A stretch of 64,000 nt of DNA from an uncultured Acidobacteriota bacterium (GCA_964645975.1 CAZYAF010000005.1:4332-68331), one strand, 5' to 3'; positions 53,584 through 64,000 are shown, counted from the first letter of the stretch. Made by a program: numbers and translations. Notes: a model not told the origin generated them from the sequence alone.

Positions 53584-54948
53584 CTATAGAGTATTCTCCA
53601 CCTCTTTTACTGCATCGATAAAAATATCAATCCCTTTCTTTGCCAGTTCTTCTGTGAGCACTAATGGAGGAAGGAATCGTGCTACATTATCATAATGGCC
53701 TCCTATCTCAATAAGAAGTCCGCTCTGATGGCAAAGAGTCCTCACTTTTTTAGCCAGATCCGTTGCTGGCTCTTTCGTATTTTTATCTTTGACAAATTCA
53801 ACCCCAAGCATCAAACCTTTCCCCCGTACCTGACCTATAATATTCGAATCTTTTTCCAGCTCTTTAAGCGTAGCCAGCATTAATCCACCAAGTTGAAGGG
53901 AATAGAAAGCTAAATTGTTTTTTACCATGAATTGTAACCCGGCGTTTCCTGCAGCATAGGCAATCACATTGCCCCGAAAGGTGCCGATATGCTTACCGGG
54001 TGGCCATATATCAGCTTCCTCTTTGTAAGCAATACAGGAAATGGGGAATCCCGCGCCACCAAGAGCTTTGCTCAAGGTTACAACATCGGGCACTATTCCT
54101 GAATGTTCGAAGGCAAACATCTTGCCCGTCCGGCAGAGACCAGCTTGTACCTCATCAACAATCATAATAATTTCATATTTATTGCAGATATCCCTGATCT
54201 TGGGAATAAAGAGGTCCGGTGGAACAATTGAGCCACCTTCCCCCTGGATGGCTTCTACGATTATTGCCGCCGGTTTTCCCACGCCTGAATGAGGGTCTTC
54301 AATAATATGCTCCAGATATTGAGCACAGTCGAGCTCACAGGTTGCCGGTTCTTTGTTAAAAGCACAACGATAGCAATAGGCGTAAGGTACAAAATGAACC
54401 TCCGGTACCATGGGCAGGAATTCTTCCTTGAAACCCAGACCGCTGGATAGTGAAAGCGCCCCGGCAGTCATTCCATGGTAAGAGCCTTCGAAGGAGATCA
54501 TAGGCTGCCGACCGGTGTTAAACTTTGCCAGCTTCATGGCTGCTTCCACTGCATCCGATCCTGTGGGGCCGCCAAACTGAACTCTGTTGAGCTGTTGAGG
54601 CAGCAAATTTAATAGGGTTTCTACTAACGCTCTGCGAGCTGGATTGGGAAAGTCGAGAAAATGGGTAAGGTCGAAGAGCTGCTCGGCAGCAGCATCAATA
54701 ACATCGGGATTTGCATGCCCCACGTTCATCACCCCGGCACCGCCGAAAAAGTCTATGTAGATGTTACCATCAACATCTTCCACCGTGGCACCCTTGGCTC
54801 GACTTACTGCCATGGGCATCCCCTTGGGATAAGAAACAGCAGCGCCTTCATTCATGGATTGATAGTCAAGAAACTCCTGTGACTTCGGTCCCGGTGGAGT
54901 AATATTTATTAACGGTGCATTAGCAAACGATAACTTCGTGAAATCCAT
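53584..54948 (-). CDS. class III (omega) aminotransferase, PLP-dependent
   Basis: 454 aa; DEVQAGLCRTGKMFA and TLSKALGGAGFP (PLP-lysine) motifs. Confidence 0.8.
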   Translation of the reverse strand: MDFTKLSFANAPLINITPPGPKSQEFLDYQSMNEGAAVSYPKGMPMAVSRAKGATVEDVDGNIYIDFFGGAGVMNVGHANPDVIDAAAEQLFDLTHFLDFPNPARRALVETLLNLLPQQLNRVQFGGPTGSDAVEAAMKLAKFNTGRQPMISFEGSYHGMTAGALSLSSGLGFKEEFLPMVPEVHFVPYAYCYRCAFNKEPATCELDCAQYLEHIIEDPHSGVGKPAAIIVEAIQGEGGSIVPPDLFIPKIRDICNKYEIIMIVDEVQAGLCRTGKMFAFEHSGIVPDVVTLSKALGGAGFPISCIAYKEEADIWPPGKHIGTFRGNVIAYAAGNAGLQFMVKNNLAFYSLQLGGLMLATLKELEKDSNIIGQVRGKGLMLGVEFVKDKNTKEPATDLAKKVRTLCHQSGLLIEIGGHYDNVARFLPPLVLTEELAKKGIDIFIDAVKEVENTL

Positions 54949-55345
54949 ATCTCCCCTCCCGAGGGATAAATTATAATAATCTATAAATGCAAATAGGCGT
55001 ATCTATTATAAACTATTATAAGTCAGGTATGCAAAGCTTATACTCATGATGGCTTGATTTTTTAATTATTTAATAGCTTTATCAAAATATTCTCGAAATC
55101 AGATATTTTTATATCAGAAAATAAATAATCCATTTAATAAAGGTGGATGTCCGAAAAGATATTGGTGCCTCATCATGGGACATATTCTTGAAATAGACAC
55201 AATGTTCGCCTCCCAGATATGCTAAGGCGGCTTGCAGGGACATGAAAAATAAATTGATATTTTTATAAAATTTTCTTGATTTGCACTGCTCCTGTGCTAA
55301 AATAAATGAAAAGTTTGAGTAGGAGGACTTAGACCACAGGGTCGG

Positions 55346-55375
55346 AGATGCTCCGAAAGGAGCATCTTTTATTTT
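55346..55375 (+). terminator. orphan terminator-like hairpin in 700-bp gene-free region (possible sRNA 3' end)
   Basis: stem AGATGCTCC / GGAGCATCT with GAAA loop followed by TTTTATTTT; no plus-strand CDS upstream. Confidence 0.4.
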
Positions 55376-55460
55376 ACATTTCCACAAGCTTCCGTCATAC
55401 TCTTCGTAGATAATCTTAAAGCAAATTAATAATGTCTCCACAATAAGGTATCTGCACTTC

Positions 55461-55481
55461 CCCTACACAGCCTGCCCTTCT
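55461..55481. repeat. dispersed copy of CCCTACACRG-CTGCCCTT repeat element
   Basis: ccctacacagcctgcccttct matches 63761..63780 (ccctacacggctgccctttg) at about 20 of 22 positions. Confidence 0.45.
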
Positions 55482-55658
55482 CAGTTTAACTTATTTCATG
55501 AAAAAGAGCATCTTTCGGACGACTAAATAGGATTTCCATACACTGATTTCCAATGCAGAATTATTGGAAGATCCGAAGATAAATCCCTGAAACTTTTTCC
55601 CTCAGAGATGGAAAAGTAGCATAACAAAAATTTATGATTACAACTTAAGAAGCAAGCT

Positions 55659-57452
55659 TTACAGGCTCTTTTTTATATTCTCGGCAGGTTTCTTACCAAG
55701 GAGCTGGCTGAGCTCTTCCAGACTGGCTTCCCTTATTTTTTTAATTGAACCGAAGTGTTTGAGCAAAAGTTCCTTTCGCTTAGTACCAATACCAGGGACG
55801 TTGTCAAGCTCCGAGACAATGGTACGCTTTTTTCGTAGTTTGCAATGGTACGCATGGGCGAAGCGATGCGATTCATCTCGAATCCGTTGTATCAGCCGCA
55901 GCGCTTCCGAGCCCTCTTGCAGCTTCAACGGTTCCTTTACTGTAGAGGCATAGAGTATCTCCTCCCGTTTGGCAATGGCTGCTGTGGGCATATTCTCCAA
56001 TCCCAATGCTGTCAGTACATCCCGTGCAGCCGAGAGCTGCCCTTTGCCGCCATCAAGCAGCACCATATCAGGCAGTGCCTTCTCCTCGCGCAACAGCCGC
56101 TTATAACGTCGCGAAACCACCTCGGCCATGGAGGCAAAGTCATCCAGTCCCTTCACTCCCTTTATCTTAAACCTGCGATAATCCGCTTTCTTGGCTTTGC
56201 CATCCTCAAACACCACCAATGAGGCTACCGCATCGGTGCCCGAAATGTTCGAGATATCAAAGGCCTCAATCCTCCTCGGTAGTTCGGGCAAATTCAACGC
56301 CTGCTTAAGCGCATACAGCACGCCTTCTCCCTCTTCAATAGCAAACTTATTGCGAAAAGATATCCGAGCATTATCCAGTGCCAACTGCAAAAGCTTCCGC
56401 TTCTTTCCCCGGCTGGGCGAGGTGATGTACACCCGATTTCCGCGCAAACGTGTTAACCATTGCTCCAGCAGCGGTCGCTCCTCAAAATCGAGCTGCACGT
56501 ATATTTTCGGTGGGATGGGCTGATCCCCATTGTAATATTGTTTGATCATGGAGCTGATGAATTCCTCAGGCTGAAAATCCACCAGCCCTTTCCAGAAGAA
56601 CTCACGCCGTCCTACTACCAGACCCTTGCGTATATGAAAGACCTGCAAGCACACCTTATCAGCCAGATGATAGAAGCCGAAGAGGTCCTCCTCTTCCATT
56701 CGAGTGGAAGCCATGCGCTGCTTGCTGGCCTGCCGCTCCAGCACTTTGATGGCATCCCGATAGTGCGCCGCCTTTTCGAATTTCTCCTCACCCGATGCTT
56801 TCTCCATCTTCAGCTTAAGTCGTTCAAGTAATTCCCTGTTCTTGCCTTCTAACAGAAGCCGCACATCCTCAACCGCTGCTTCATACTCCTCTTCGGTTGT
56901 CAGCGCCGCACACGGTGCCAGACAGCGGTTAATCTGGTAATCGAGGCAGGGGGTGAAGCGTTTACCCGGCAGTTTCAAGTCGCACTGCCTGAGCTGCATA
57001 TGGCGGGCAATAAGGCGCATGGTCTTGCGAGCCAGGCTGGCCGGGATATAAGGCCCGAAATAGAGCGCTCCATCCTTTTTCACCCGGCGCACTAACCGAA
57101 CTCGCGGATAGAGCTCGTTGATGCTCAACCGCAGATAGGGGAAGTTTTTATCATCCCGCAGCCGAACATTATATTTGGGCTGTTCCTTTTTTACCAGGTT
57201 GTTCTCCAGAATGAGGGCTTCCAGCTCGCTTTCGGTGATGATGAATTCGATATCAGCCGCCTCGCTGAGCATGGTTTCCTGCTTGATGGGAGCTTCGCCC
57301 GGTGCTTGAAAATAGGAGCGTACCCGATGGCGCAAGGATTGAGCTTTGCCAATATATATGGCCTTTTCCAGTGCATCTTTAAATATGTAAACGCCGGGTT
57401 TTAGGGGGAAAGATTCGACCTTTTTTTTGAGGGTATCCAGGATGTTATTCAT
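55659..57452 (-). CDS. uvrC: excinuclease ABC subunit C
   Basis: 597 aa; N-terminal GIY-YIG (PGVYIFKD...IYIGKA) and C-terminal helix-hairpin-helix; start overlaps uvrB stop by 1 nt (TAATG). Confidence 0.9.
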   Translation of the reverse strand: MNNILDTLKKKVESFPLKPGVYIFKDALEKAIYIGKAQSLRHRVRSYFQAPGEAPIKQETMLSEAADIEFIITESELEALILENNLVKKEQPKYNVRLRDDKNFPYLRLSINELYPRVRLVRRVKKDGALYFGPYIPASLARKTMRLIARHMQLRQCDLKLPGKRFTPCLDYQINRCLAPCAALTTEEEYEAAVEDVRLLLEGKNRELLERLKLKMEKASGEEKFEKAAHYRDAIKVLERQASKQRMASTRMEEEDLFGFYHLADKVCLQVFHIRKGLVVGRREFFWKGLVDFQPEEFISSMIKQYYNGDQPIPPKIYVQLDFEERPLLEQWLTRLRGNRVYITSPSRGKKRKLLQLALDNARISFRNKFAIEEGEGVLYALKQALNLPELPRRIEAFDISNISGTDAVASLVVFEDGKAKKADYRRFKIKGVKGLDDFASMAEVVSRRYKRLLREEKALPDMVLLDGGKGQLSAARDVLTALGLENMPTAAIAKREEILYASTVKEPLKLQEGSEALRLIQRIRDESHRFAHAYHCKLRKKRTIVSELDNVPGIGTKRKELLLKHFGSIKKIREASLEELSQLLGKKPAENIKKSL

Positions 57453-59449
57453 TAATCTACAAACAGCTCAATGGCTTTTCTTTTAAGTTCTTTAATGCGG
57501 TCTCGAAGCTGAGCGGCGCGCTCAAATTCCAGCTTTTTTGCCGCATCTTGCATTTCCTTATCCAGTTTTTTGATGAGCTGGCGCCGTTCCTCGCTGGTCA
57601 GATATTCCTCTCGCTCCTCAGCGGCCATGGGTATTTCATAATAATCCGCTTCGTATACGCTGGTAAGGACATCCTTGATGGATTTCTTAATGGTCTCCGG
57701 GGTTATGTTATGAGCTTTGTTGTATTCTATCTGAATCTGGCGGCGGCGATTGGTCTCGTCTATGGTCTGTTTAATTGAATTGGTGAGATTATCGGCGTAA
57801 AGCACTACCTGACCATTAACGTTGCGGGCTGCTCGACCGGATGTCTGGATTAGGGAAATGGTGGAACGCAGGAATCCCTCCTTATCGGCATCGAGAATAG
57901 CCACTAGCGAGACCTCAGGTAGATCCAGACCCTCACGCAGGAGATTGATTCCGATAAGGACGTCGAAGTCGCCGCGGCGGAACTCGCGGATAATCTTGAC
58001 CCGGTCCAGGGTATCAATGTCGGAATGGAGATAGCGTACCTTAACGCCGAGCTCCTCATAATATTCCGTCAGGTCTTCGGCCATGCGCTTGGTGAGGGTA
58101 GTGACCAGCACTCGCTCTTTTTGCTCCGCTCTCTCACGGATGCGCTGCAGCAGGTCGTCCACCTGGTTCTGTGCCGGCTGGATGATTATCTCCGGGTCAA
58201 TGAGGCCGGTTGGTCGAATTACCTGCTCCACTACTTCGCCACCAGTCTTCTCCAACTCGTAAGGACCGGGAGTGGCTGAGACGTAAATAATCTGCTTCGC
58301 CCGCTCCTTGAACTCTACGAATTTCAGCGGGCGGTTGTCCAGTGCCGACGGAAGGCGGAAACCGTATCTCACCAGGGTGGACTTGCGGGAATGGTCGCCC
58401 TCGTACATGCCGCGCAGTTGGGGGATGGTAACGTGGCTTTCATCTATTACAATGAGGGCATCACGCGGAAGATAGTCCAGCAAACAGGGCGGCGGCTCTC
58501 CCGGCTTTCGGCCGGTGAGGTGGCGCGAGTAGTTTTCGATGCCCTGGCAGTAGCCGATCTCCTTCATCATCTCCAGGTCGTAGAGGGTGCGCTCGCGGAT
58601 GCGCTGAGCTTCTACCAGCTTGTTCTCTTTGAGCAATTTTTTATGGTGCACCTCCAGCTCTTCGCGAATGGACTGAAGGGCGCTGCGCATTTGTTCCTCG
58701 GGTGTAACATAATGGGATTTGGGGTAGATGGGCACCCGTTGGACTTCTTCCCTCACCTTGCCGGTGAGAGGGTCCACCAGCCTGAGGTGGTCAATCTCGT
58801 CACCGAAGAGCTCGATGCGCACGGCTTCGTCGGCATAGGGTGGGAAGACTTCAACCACATCGCCGCGCACGCGGAAGGTGCCGCGCCCGAAGCTCATGTC
58901 GTTGCGCTCGTACTGTATGTTCACCAGCTTGTGCAATATCTCCCGGCGAGAGATCTCCATGCCGTGTTCCAGCAGGAGCAGCATGCCGTAGTAGGCTTCC
59001 GGAGAGCCCAGGCCGTAGATGCATGAGACGCTGGCCACGATGAGCACATCGCGGCGCTCGAAGAGGGCGCGGGTGGCGGAGTGGCGCATGCGGTCGATTT
59101 CGTCGTTGATGTCGGCATCCTTGGCAATGTAGGTGTCTGTGGCGGGTACGTAGGCTTCGGGCTGGTAGTAGTCGTAGAAGCTGACGAAGTATTCAACTGC
59201 GTTCTGCGGGAAGAAGCTCTTGAACTCCTGATAAAGCTGAGCAGCCAGGGTCTTGTTGTGGGAGATGACGATGGTGGGGAGCCTGACCTGCTCCACCACC
59301 TTGGCCACGGTGAAGGTCTTGCCCGAGCCAGTGACGCCCAGCAGCACCTGATGCTGCTTGCCTTGCAGCACTCCCCGGGCTAACTCCTCGATAGCCGTGA
59401 CCTGGTCGCCTTTGGGCTCAAACTCCGAGATAAGCTTAAATTCACTCAT
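57452..59449 (-). CDS. uvrB: excinuclease ABC subunit B
   Basis: start set to ATG 59449 ([16 protein letters not shown]); Walker [13 protein letters not shown]-like helicase motifs, C-terminal UVR domain; upstream 45 codons of track ORF are non-homologous. Confidence 0.9.
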   Translation of the reverse strand: MSEFKLISEFEPKGDQVTAIEELARGVLQGKQHQVLLGVTGSGKTFTVAKVVEQVRLPTIVISHNKTLAAQLYQEFKSFFPQNAVEYFVSFYDYYQPEAYVPATDTYIAKDADINDEIDRMRHSATRALFERRDVLIVASVSCIYGLGSPEAYYGMLLLLEHGMEISRREILHKLVNIQYERNDMSFGRGTFRVRGDVVEVFPPYADEAVRIELFGDEIDHLRLVDPLTGKVREEVQRVPIYPKSHYVTPEEQMRSALQSIREELEVHHKKLLKENKLVEAQRIRERTLYDLEMMKEIGYCQGIENYSRHLTGRKPGEPPPCLLDYLPRDALIVIDESHVTIPQLRGMYEGDHSRKSTLVRYGFRLPSALDNRPLKFVEFKERAKQIIYVSATPGPYELEKTGGEVVEQVIRPTGLIDPEIIIQPAQNQVDDLLQRIRERAEQKERVLVTTLTKRMAEDLTEYYEELGVKVRYLHSDIDTLDRVKIIREFRRGDFDVLIGINLLREGLDLPEVSLVAILDADKEGFLRSTISLIQTSGRAARNVNGQVVLYADNLTNSIKQTIDETNRRRQIQIEYNKAHNITPETIKKSIKDVLTSVYEADYYEIPMAAEEREEYLTSEERRQLIKKLDKEMQDAAKKLEFERAAQLRDRIKELKRKAIELFVD

Positions 59450-59580
59450 GGTTATTAAACAAAACAGTACCAAAAAACAGTAATAAATTGTAGTACAGGA
59501 TGAAATAATAGTCAATTTAGCAATAAATGATAATAATATAAAAAACGATATAAGAATTTTAATTAATAAACGGGAAGATA

Positions 59581-62500
59581 TCAATTAATTTCTATAAGCT
59601 GATTTAGTGCATCATTTATTTCTTTAGCATTAAATTTAGCTGATACAATATATTTTGTTAATTCATCTTTTTTAATAGAATCAATAAGATTTTCAAGAAA
59701 TTCAGAAATGGTTTTATAGTATTTCTCATTCTTTAATTGAGAAAATTCAGCGATAAGATAATTTTTTACTTCAATAACAGCATCACCAAGATTTTCCTCT
59801 TGCTTCCTAAATTTAATCCTATATCGATTATATAACTCAATTTCAAATTGATTTTTGGATGAGATTAATTGTTGAATTTTATGGTAATGACCAACTATTT
59901 TTTCCAAAGCTATAAGCAAAGCTTGGATTTTAAGGTTAATTTCATTTTTTGGATAAGGTTCAAATTGAATTTGTGGAAGATAGCTCCAAATTTCTTTTGG
60001 TGGTTCTCTTGGCACTAACCATTCCCAAGTACTTAGGTTATTAGGATCAAATTGGGAAATATTATTAGAACTTATTACGTAAGCACCTGGAATAAACCTT
60101 TTATCATTGAAAATAGGAATAATACAGAAAAATCCTGCTATATCTTTGACTTTATGAAGTTCTTTTATAACTTTTAATATAGATTCTATTAATAGAGAGG
60201 GATTATCTACAGAAAAAGCAAAAGGAAGATAAGTTATAGGATATTCAATATGTTCACCAGATGGAAGTATTATTTTCATACCTTCTACTTCAAGAGTAGA
60301 AAGTGCTTTGGATAGGAGATTAAGCTTTTCCTGACGTTTTCTCTGCCTTATAGTTTTAATATACAAATTAATATTTTGCAGAGGTTTTTCAGGAGGATTA
60401 AGTATCCATACTTCTAATAAATCCGCTAAACACTTATAAGCTTTTAATTCTAAGGAATCTAATTCGCATGAATTGAAATAGTCTGGTGCAATATTGAAAA
60501 TATATTTAAAAACAAGATGCATTTTTGGAAGCTGTTTTAAAGAATCAAAAAAGTTATGTACCGCTAATCTGCCTGTTTTAATTTCTTTCTTTCTTAAATA
60601 TTCTATTAATTGTATAAAAAAATTTTTGAAACTTAAAGAGCACTTATCAGCTGCATTTTCCTTTAGAATATCTTTTAAAGGTTGTTTAATTTCTTTCCCC
60701 ATTCTTTTAAAGTTTTCAATAGAAATAGATGGAGCAAATTTTTGCGACAGTTCTAACTCCTCTATAAGTCTACCATCATCGAATAAAGATTTAATATCAT
60801 ATTTTTTATTAGTTAAGATACAATTTAAAAATTTTGAAAAATTCTGTACAAAGAGCAATGATTTTTTTCGAAGAACGTACCAATGTTCTTCTAATTTATA
60901 AAAAGTATCAGTAAAATATGCTCTCTCTATAATATTACGCCATACTATATTCTTTTCAACATCAAATTCTAAAGGTAGATTTTTTTGGGGAATATTTTTA
61001 TATGTCTCATCTATAGACGGCTTTAAGCCTAAAGGCAGAAGCCATAAGCCTTGTGATTTATAATTTCTACAGAAGGGGATAGCAGCTCGTAATTTCTGAA
61101 GTTTTGATACCGCTTGATCATTAAAGCTTATCTTATTATCTGTTTCTGGTATAAACTCCATATATAACTCATTATTTTTAATTTCTAATGTAACACAGTC
61201 TGTATGTAATTTTAAATATCCTATAAGGGTATCAGTATTTTTTAAAAACCAATTTTTATATGATCTTTCATCATATCTATAAAGACCTTGAGTAAATTTG
61301 CAAAGAGTGTCTATATTAACTTCAAAAAACCTATTATATAAAAATATATTATTTTTAACTTTTTTCCAACTAGACAATTCAATATTGCATAAATAACACC
61401 AATCAAGAATTTGTCCTATTTTAGCTAAATTATTTCGGATTATATCAATATCCATGTATGCATTTATTTTGCTTAAAAAATTACTGCAGAATTCTATTCC
61501 TCTTGGAATATTAGTAAATCTTGTTTTTATTTCTTTTAACTTTCTAAAATTTTCAAAAAGATCTCCTTCCATTTCAGCTATAATATCTATCATATCTATT
61601 TTTGCTAATGGTATAAAAGCAGTGCTTAGCCAAAATGGACCGACTGATCCAACTAACTTGTATGCTTCATCAAATAGTCCACGATTAGCTTCAAAGAATT
61701 TTCTTTCACCTGCTTCAAAAATACCATCGAGGAAAGCTAAAATTGTATCTATTTTTGCATCTTTTGCCTTCTCAATTAGTCCATTCATAAAAAGTTCTGT
61801 ATCGAGTTCTTTTTTGGATATAGCATTTAATACAAAATTACTCATATTTTCTGATGGAACAGCATCTAAGATTGAAAGTGCTGTCCTTGCAGGATTAAGA
61901 TACTGCTCATGAAGGATCTTAGAAAGGTGATCAGATCGTACCCAATGAAGCTCAATAAGCAGTTCGTCTTCTATGCGCAGATATTCTTCGGATAAAGATT
62001 GCAGTACTTGTTGTGGATCATGTCTTAGTTGTATCTTATCAAGGAGTTTATTAACCAAAATAGGTGATCCCAATTCATGAGCCAAAGATACTCTGCGTAA
62101 TATTTCTATTTTAGCTGGATCTTCATTATGAGCTGTGATCTGTTTTACTTGGTCTCGAAGTCGTTCTTCGAGCATTTTTCCATGTGTGATAAAATAAACA
62201 TATTCCATCAGCAGAGGAGGCTCTCCAATTTTCTCGAATGCCCATTCTGCTGAATCAACAGAGTCGTGAATTCGATTTTGGATTTGAAAAGATTTAAATA
62301 TATCCTTTGCTTCATTGAGATCAAGTGCTGGTTCAAGTATTTCATAATTTGTTAAGCTTAGACGAGCAGTTCTATACCAATCTTCTTCTCTGATTGAGAC
62401 TAAAACATAGAAACCAAGAGAAGCACATTCTTGTGCTATATTTGGCCAGAGTCGAGTCTGCCAGCTGGCATTGTCTATAAGTAATAAAATTGGTATTCCC

Positions 62501-63528
62501 AGTCTTGCCTTTAATCTTAGGTATCTGCGTATAATCTCAACCTGTTCTTCTGATTTTGCTATCCTTAAAATATGTGTGTATTCCGAGTCCCAATTTTCAT
62601 ATGCATATCTGTAAAGTAATGTAGATTTTCCTTGTCCGCTTGAAGATTTTAGAATACAAACTTTGGAAATTTTTAATGCTTTATCAATCCTTTTAAGCCA
62701 ACTTGGGCGTTTGACATCAACATTAGAAACTATATGACCTGGTCTAGTCCCTTTGCCTTCGAAAAAGTCTACAATCTTTTCATCTTCTTGCCATATAATT
62801 CTATCAATTAATCCCTTTCCAGAAGCTTGATATTCACTCTCTTGAGCTAAATATTCACCTATTGTATCCCTAAGTTTTTCAAGTTCAAGGCGAGTAATTT
62901 CTTTTCGTTCCTTTGCCCAAGATATAAACTCAGCAGTGAAAGCTTTTATATATATGTCAACAGCATCGCTTCCTAAATTAAATTTTTCTGAAATAACCTT
63001 ACTAAGTTTTTTCCACAATTGATCTTCAGGAATTGATTCAATTTCTAGACGCTGAAGCAAATTATGGGCTTCATATTCATTTGAACCTTTCTGATTGCAT
63101 AAATTAATAAACTTATTCTTAATACGATTTTTTTCCTCATAGGAAAGCAATTTAAGTTTTGCTAGTTTAGCAATATCCTTCTTTAAAGAAAAGTTTGTTA
63201 TAAGTTTAAAATGAGCTTTAGGATTTATTTGTAATACTTCTAAGAACTTATTTATTGGATCTTTTAGTTTACTCCATGGCCATGGATTAATAGAAGTTTT
63301 AACTTGGATGTATATATCATTTATTGAATGTAAAACTAAAAGATCAACATCTTCAATCCCTTCAAGTCTTATAGAATGATATTTACAATCATTTTTTAAA
63401 AGATCAAAAGCACATAGTATAGAGTATAATAGTTGAAATTCAATACCACGAATGTTTTTGGCTCCACCGCCTCTTTGTTCAATAAGTTTAGTAAGATTAG
63501 TTTTTATACTTTTATTATTTGATTTCAT
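59581..63528 (-). CDS. large single-polypeptide putative defense protein: N-terminal PD-(D/E)xK nuclease (DUF4297/Mrr-like) + STAND-type P-loop NTPase + long alpha-helical C-terminal region (Avs-like architecture)
   Basis: 1315 aa; N-terminal [17 protein letters not shown]...[10 protein letters not shown]...IYIQVKT (D/E...QxK pattern); Walker A SSGQGKST; Walker [11 protein letters not shown]; sensor-like VLVSIR; [14 protein letters not shown] helical-domain start; very AT-rich. Confidence 0.55.
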   Translation of the reverse strand: MKSNNKSIKTNLTKLIEQRGGGAKNIRGIEFQLLYSILCAFDLLKNDCKYHSIRLEGIEDVDLLVLHSINDIYIQVKTSINPWPWSKLKDPINKFLEVLQINPKAHFKLITNFSLKKDIAKLAKLKLLSYEEKNRIKNKFINLCNQKGSNEYEAHNLLQRLEIESIPEDQLWKKLSKVISEKFNLGSDAVDIYIKAFTAEFISWAKERKEITRLELEKLRDTIGEYLAQESEYQASGKGLIDRIIWQEDEKIVDFFEGKGTRPGHIVSNVDVKRPSWLKRIDKALKISKVCILKSSSGQGKSTLLYRYAYENWDSEYTHILRIAKSEEQVEIIRRYLRLKARLGIPILLLIDNASWQTRLWPNIAQECASLGFYVLVSIREEDWYRTARLSLTNYEILEPALDLNEAKDIFKSFQIQNRIHDSVDSAEWAFEKIGEPPLLMEYVYFITHGKMLEERLRDQVKQITAHNEDPAKIEILRRVSLAHELGSPILVNKLLDKIQLRHDPQQVLQSLSEEYLRIEDELLIELHWVRSDHLSKILHEQYLNPARTALSILDAVPSENMSNFVLNAISKKELDTELFMNGLIEKAKDAKIDTILAFLDGIFEAGERKFFEANRGLFDEAYKLVGSVGPFWLSTAFIPLAKIDMIDIIAEMEGDLFENFRKLKEIKTRFTNIPRGIEFCSNFLSKINAYMDIDIIRNNLAKIGQILDWCYLCNIELSSWKKVKNNIFLYNRFFEVNIDTLCKFTQGLYRYDERSYKNWFLKNTDTLIGYLKLHTDCVTLEIKNNELYMEFIPETDNKISFNDQAVSKLQKLRAAIPFCRNYKSQGLWLLPLGLKPSIDETYKNIPQKNLPLEFDVEKNIVWRNIIERAYFTDTFYKLEEHWYVLRKKSLLFVQNFSKFLNCILTNKKYDIKSLFDDGRLIEELELSQKFAPSISIENFKRMGKEIKQPLKDILKENAADKCSLSFKNFFIQLIEYLRKKEIKTGRLAVHNFFDSLKQLPKMHLVFKYIFNIAPDYFNSCELDSLELKAYKCLADLLEVWILNPPEKPLQNINLYIKTIRQRKRQEKLNLLSKALSTLEVEGMKIILPSGEHIEYPITYLPFAFSVDNPSLLIESILKVIKELHKVKDIAGFFCIIPIFNDKRFIPGAYVISSNNISQFDPNNLSTWEWLVPREPPKEIWSYLPQIQFEPYPKNEINLKIQALLIALEKIVGHYHKIQQLISSKNQFEIELYNRYRIKFRKQEENLGDAVIEVKNYLIAEFSQLKNEKYYKTISEFLENLIDSIKKDELTKYIVSAKFNAKEINDALNQLIEIN

Positions 63529-63696
63529 ATCTAAACTTGATAAATGATTTATTACTTTTAATATTACTATATATAGCTAATTTGGTCAAGAGAATTTTTT
63601 ATATTTAATGGCTATTGAATGTTTTGTTGATATACAAATTTTTATTGATAAAAAATAAGCAATGCAGCACATTATTGGATGAGAAATAAGCAGCTG

Positions 63697-63822
63697 CGGA
63701 CAGAGGCAAGTCCCTACACAGGATTCCTTCGTAGGATTGACGGACAGACACAAGGCCTGTCCCTACACGGCTGCCCTTTGAAGGATAAAAACAGAGCGGC
63801 ATGGCCGCTTGTCCCTACACGG
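63697..63822. repeat. tandem array of three 12-bp GTCCCTACAC(A/G)G motifs at about 50-bp spacing, two preceded by CGGACAG half-palindrome
   Basis: cores at 63710..63721, 63759..63770, 63811..63822; CGGACAG at 63697 and 63741; related copies at 44543 and 55461. Confidence 0.5.
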
Positions 63823-64000
63823 AAAACGGTGGTCAGTTATCGGTTGTCTGTTGTTAGTCTCCAGTTGTCAGTTATTAGTATTTAGTCGCTGGTTGCGAGT
63901 TATGAAAGGATATCGCTATAGCCTTCGGCTATAACTATCGGACAGGAAGCGTGGCTTCTTTGCTATCTGATTGCAAAAACCGTACTTTTTCGAACCAATA

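Noticed and set aside
55109-55441. 110-aa minus-strand ORF in the aminotransferase/uvrC intergenic region
   Set aside because: No RBS, odd composition and no recognisable domain; the region is better explained as non-coding with a possible sRNA.
57548-59383. Multiple plus-strand ORFs (e.g. 58391..59026, 58840..59043, 59081..59383) antisense to uvrB, some Arg/Pro/Ala-rich
   Set aside because: They lie entirely within the GC-rich uvrB coding region on the opposite strand; long antisense ORFs are expected in GC-rich DNA and have no RBS or homology.
59450-59584. 45-codon N-terminal extension of uvrB in the ORF track ([15 protein letters not shown]...) creating an apparent 4-nt overlap with the giant gene
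   Set aside because: UvrB homology starts at [16 protein letters not shown] (ATG 59449); the extension is AT-rich, hydrophobic and non-homologous, so it is a read-through artifact of the ORF caller.
63710-63822. Three evenly spaced repeats as a possible CRISPR array
   Set aside because: Conserved unit is only 12 bp, flanks are not conserved like CRISPR repeats, the period is about 50 bp and there are only three copies, with no cas genes in the window; more consistent with binding sites or a structured repeat.

Overview
This 64 kb window is a chromosomal segment from an AT-rich bacterium with strongly uneven base composition, carrying conserved housekeeping genes interrupted by several very AT-rich accessory insertions. 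All calls are made by eye from the ORF track and sequence; no searches were run. Housekeeping content: rplM-rpsI, rpsB-tsf-pyrH-frr, der, HU, uvrB-uvrC, galU, transaldolase, HtrA, ferredoxin, rmuC, a class III aminotransferase, a class II photolyase and an ABC exporter operon. No rRNA, tRNA or CRISPR array was found. The strongest candidates for an undescribed system are: (1) a 1315-aa single-gene putative defense protein (N-terminal PD-(D/E)xK nuclease, STAND-type P-loop NTPase, long helical C-terminus) beside the GC-rich uvrBC pair; (2) an HD-domain dNTPase-like gene translationally coupled to a Panacea (DUF4065)-like partner; (3) a coupled PocR-like histidine kinase, receiver-only regulator and 2-TM membrane protein; (4) a short repeat family with core GTCCCTACAC, three tandem copies upstream of the large gene plus dispersed copies. 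Other notable points are a secreted-protein gene with an in-frame TAA after its signal peptide and two tandem ~1057-aa BNR/Asp-box propeller paralogs.
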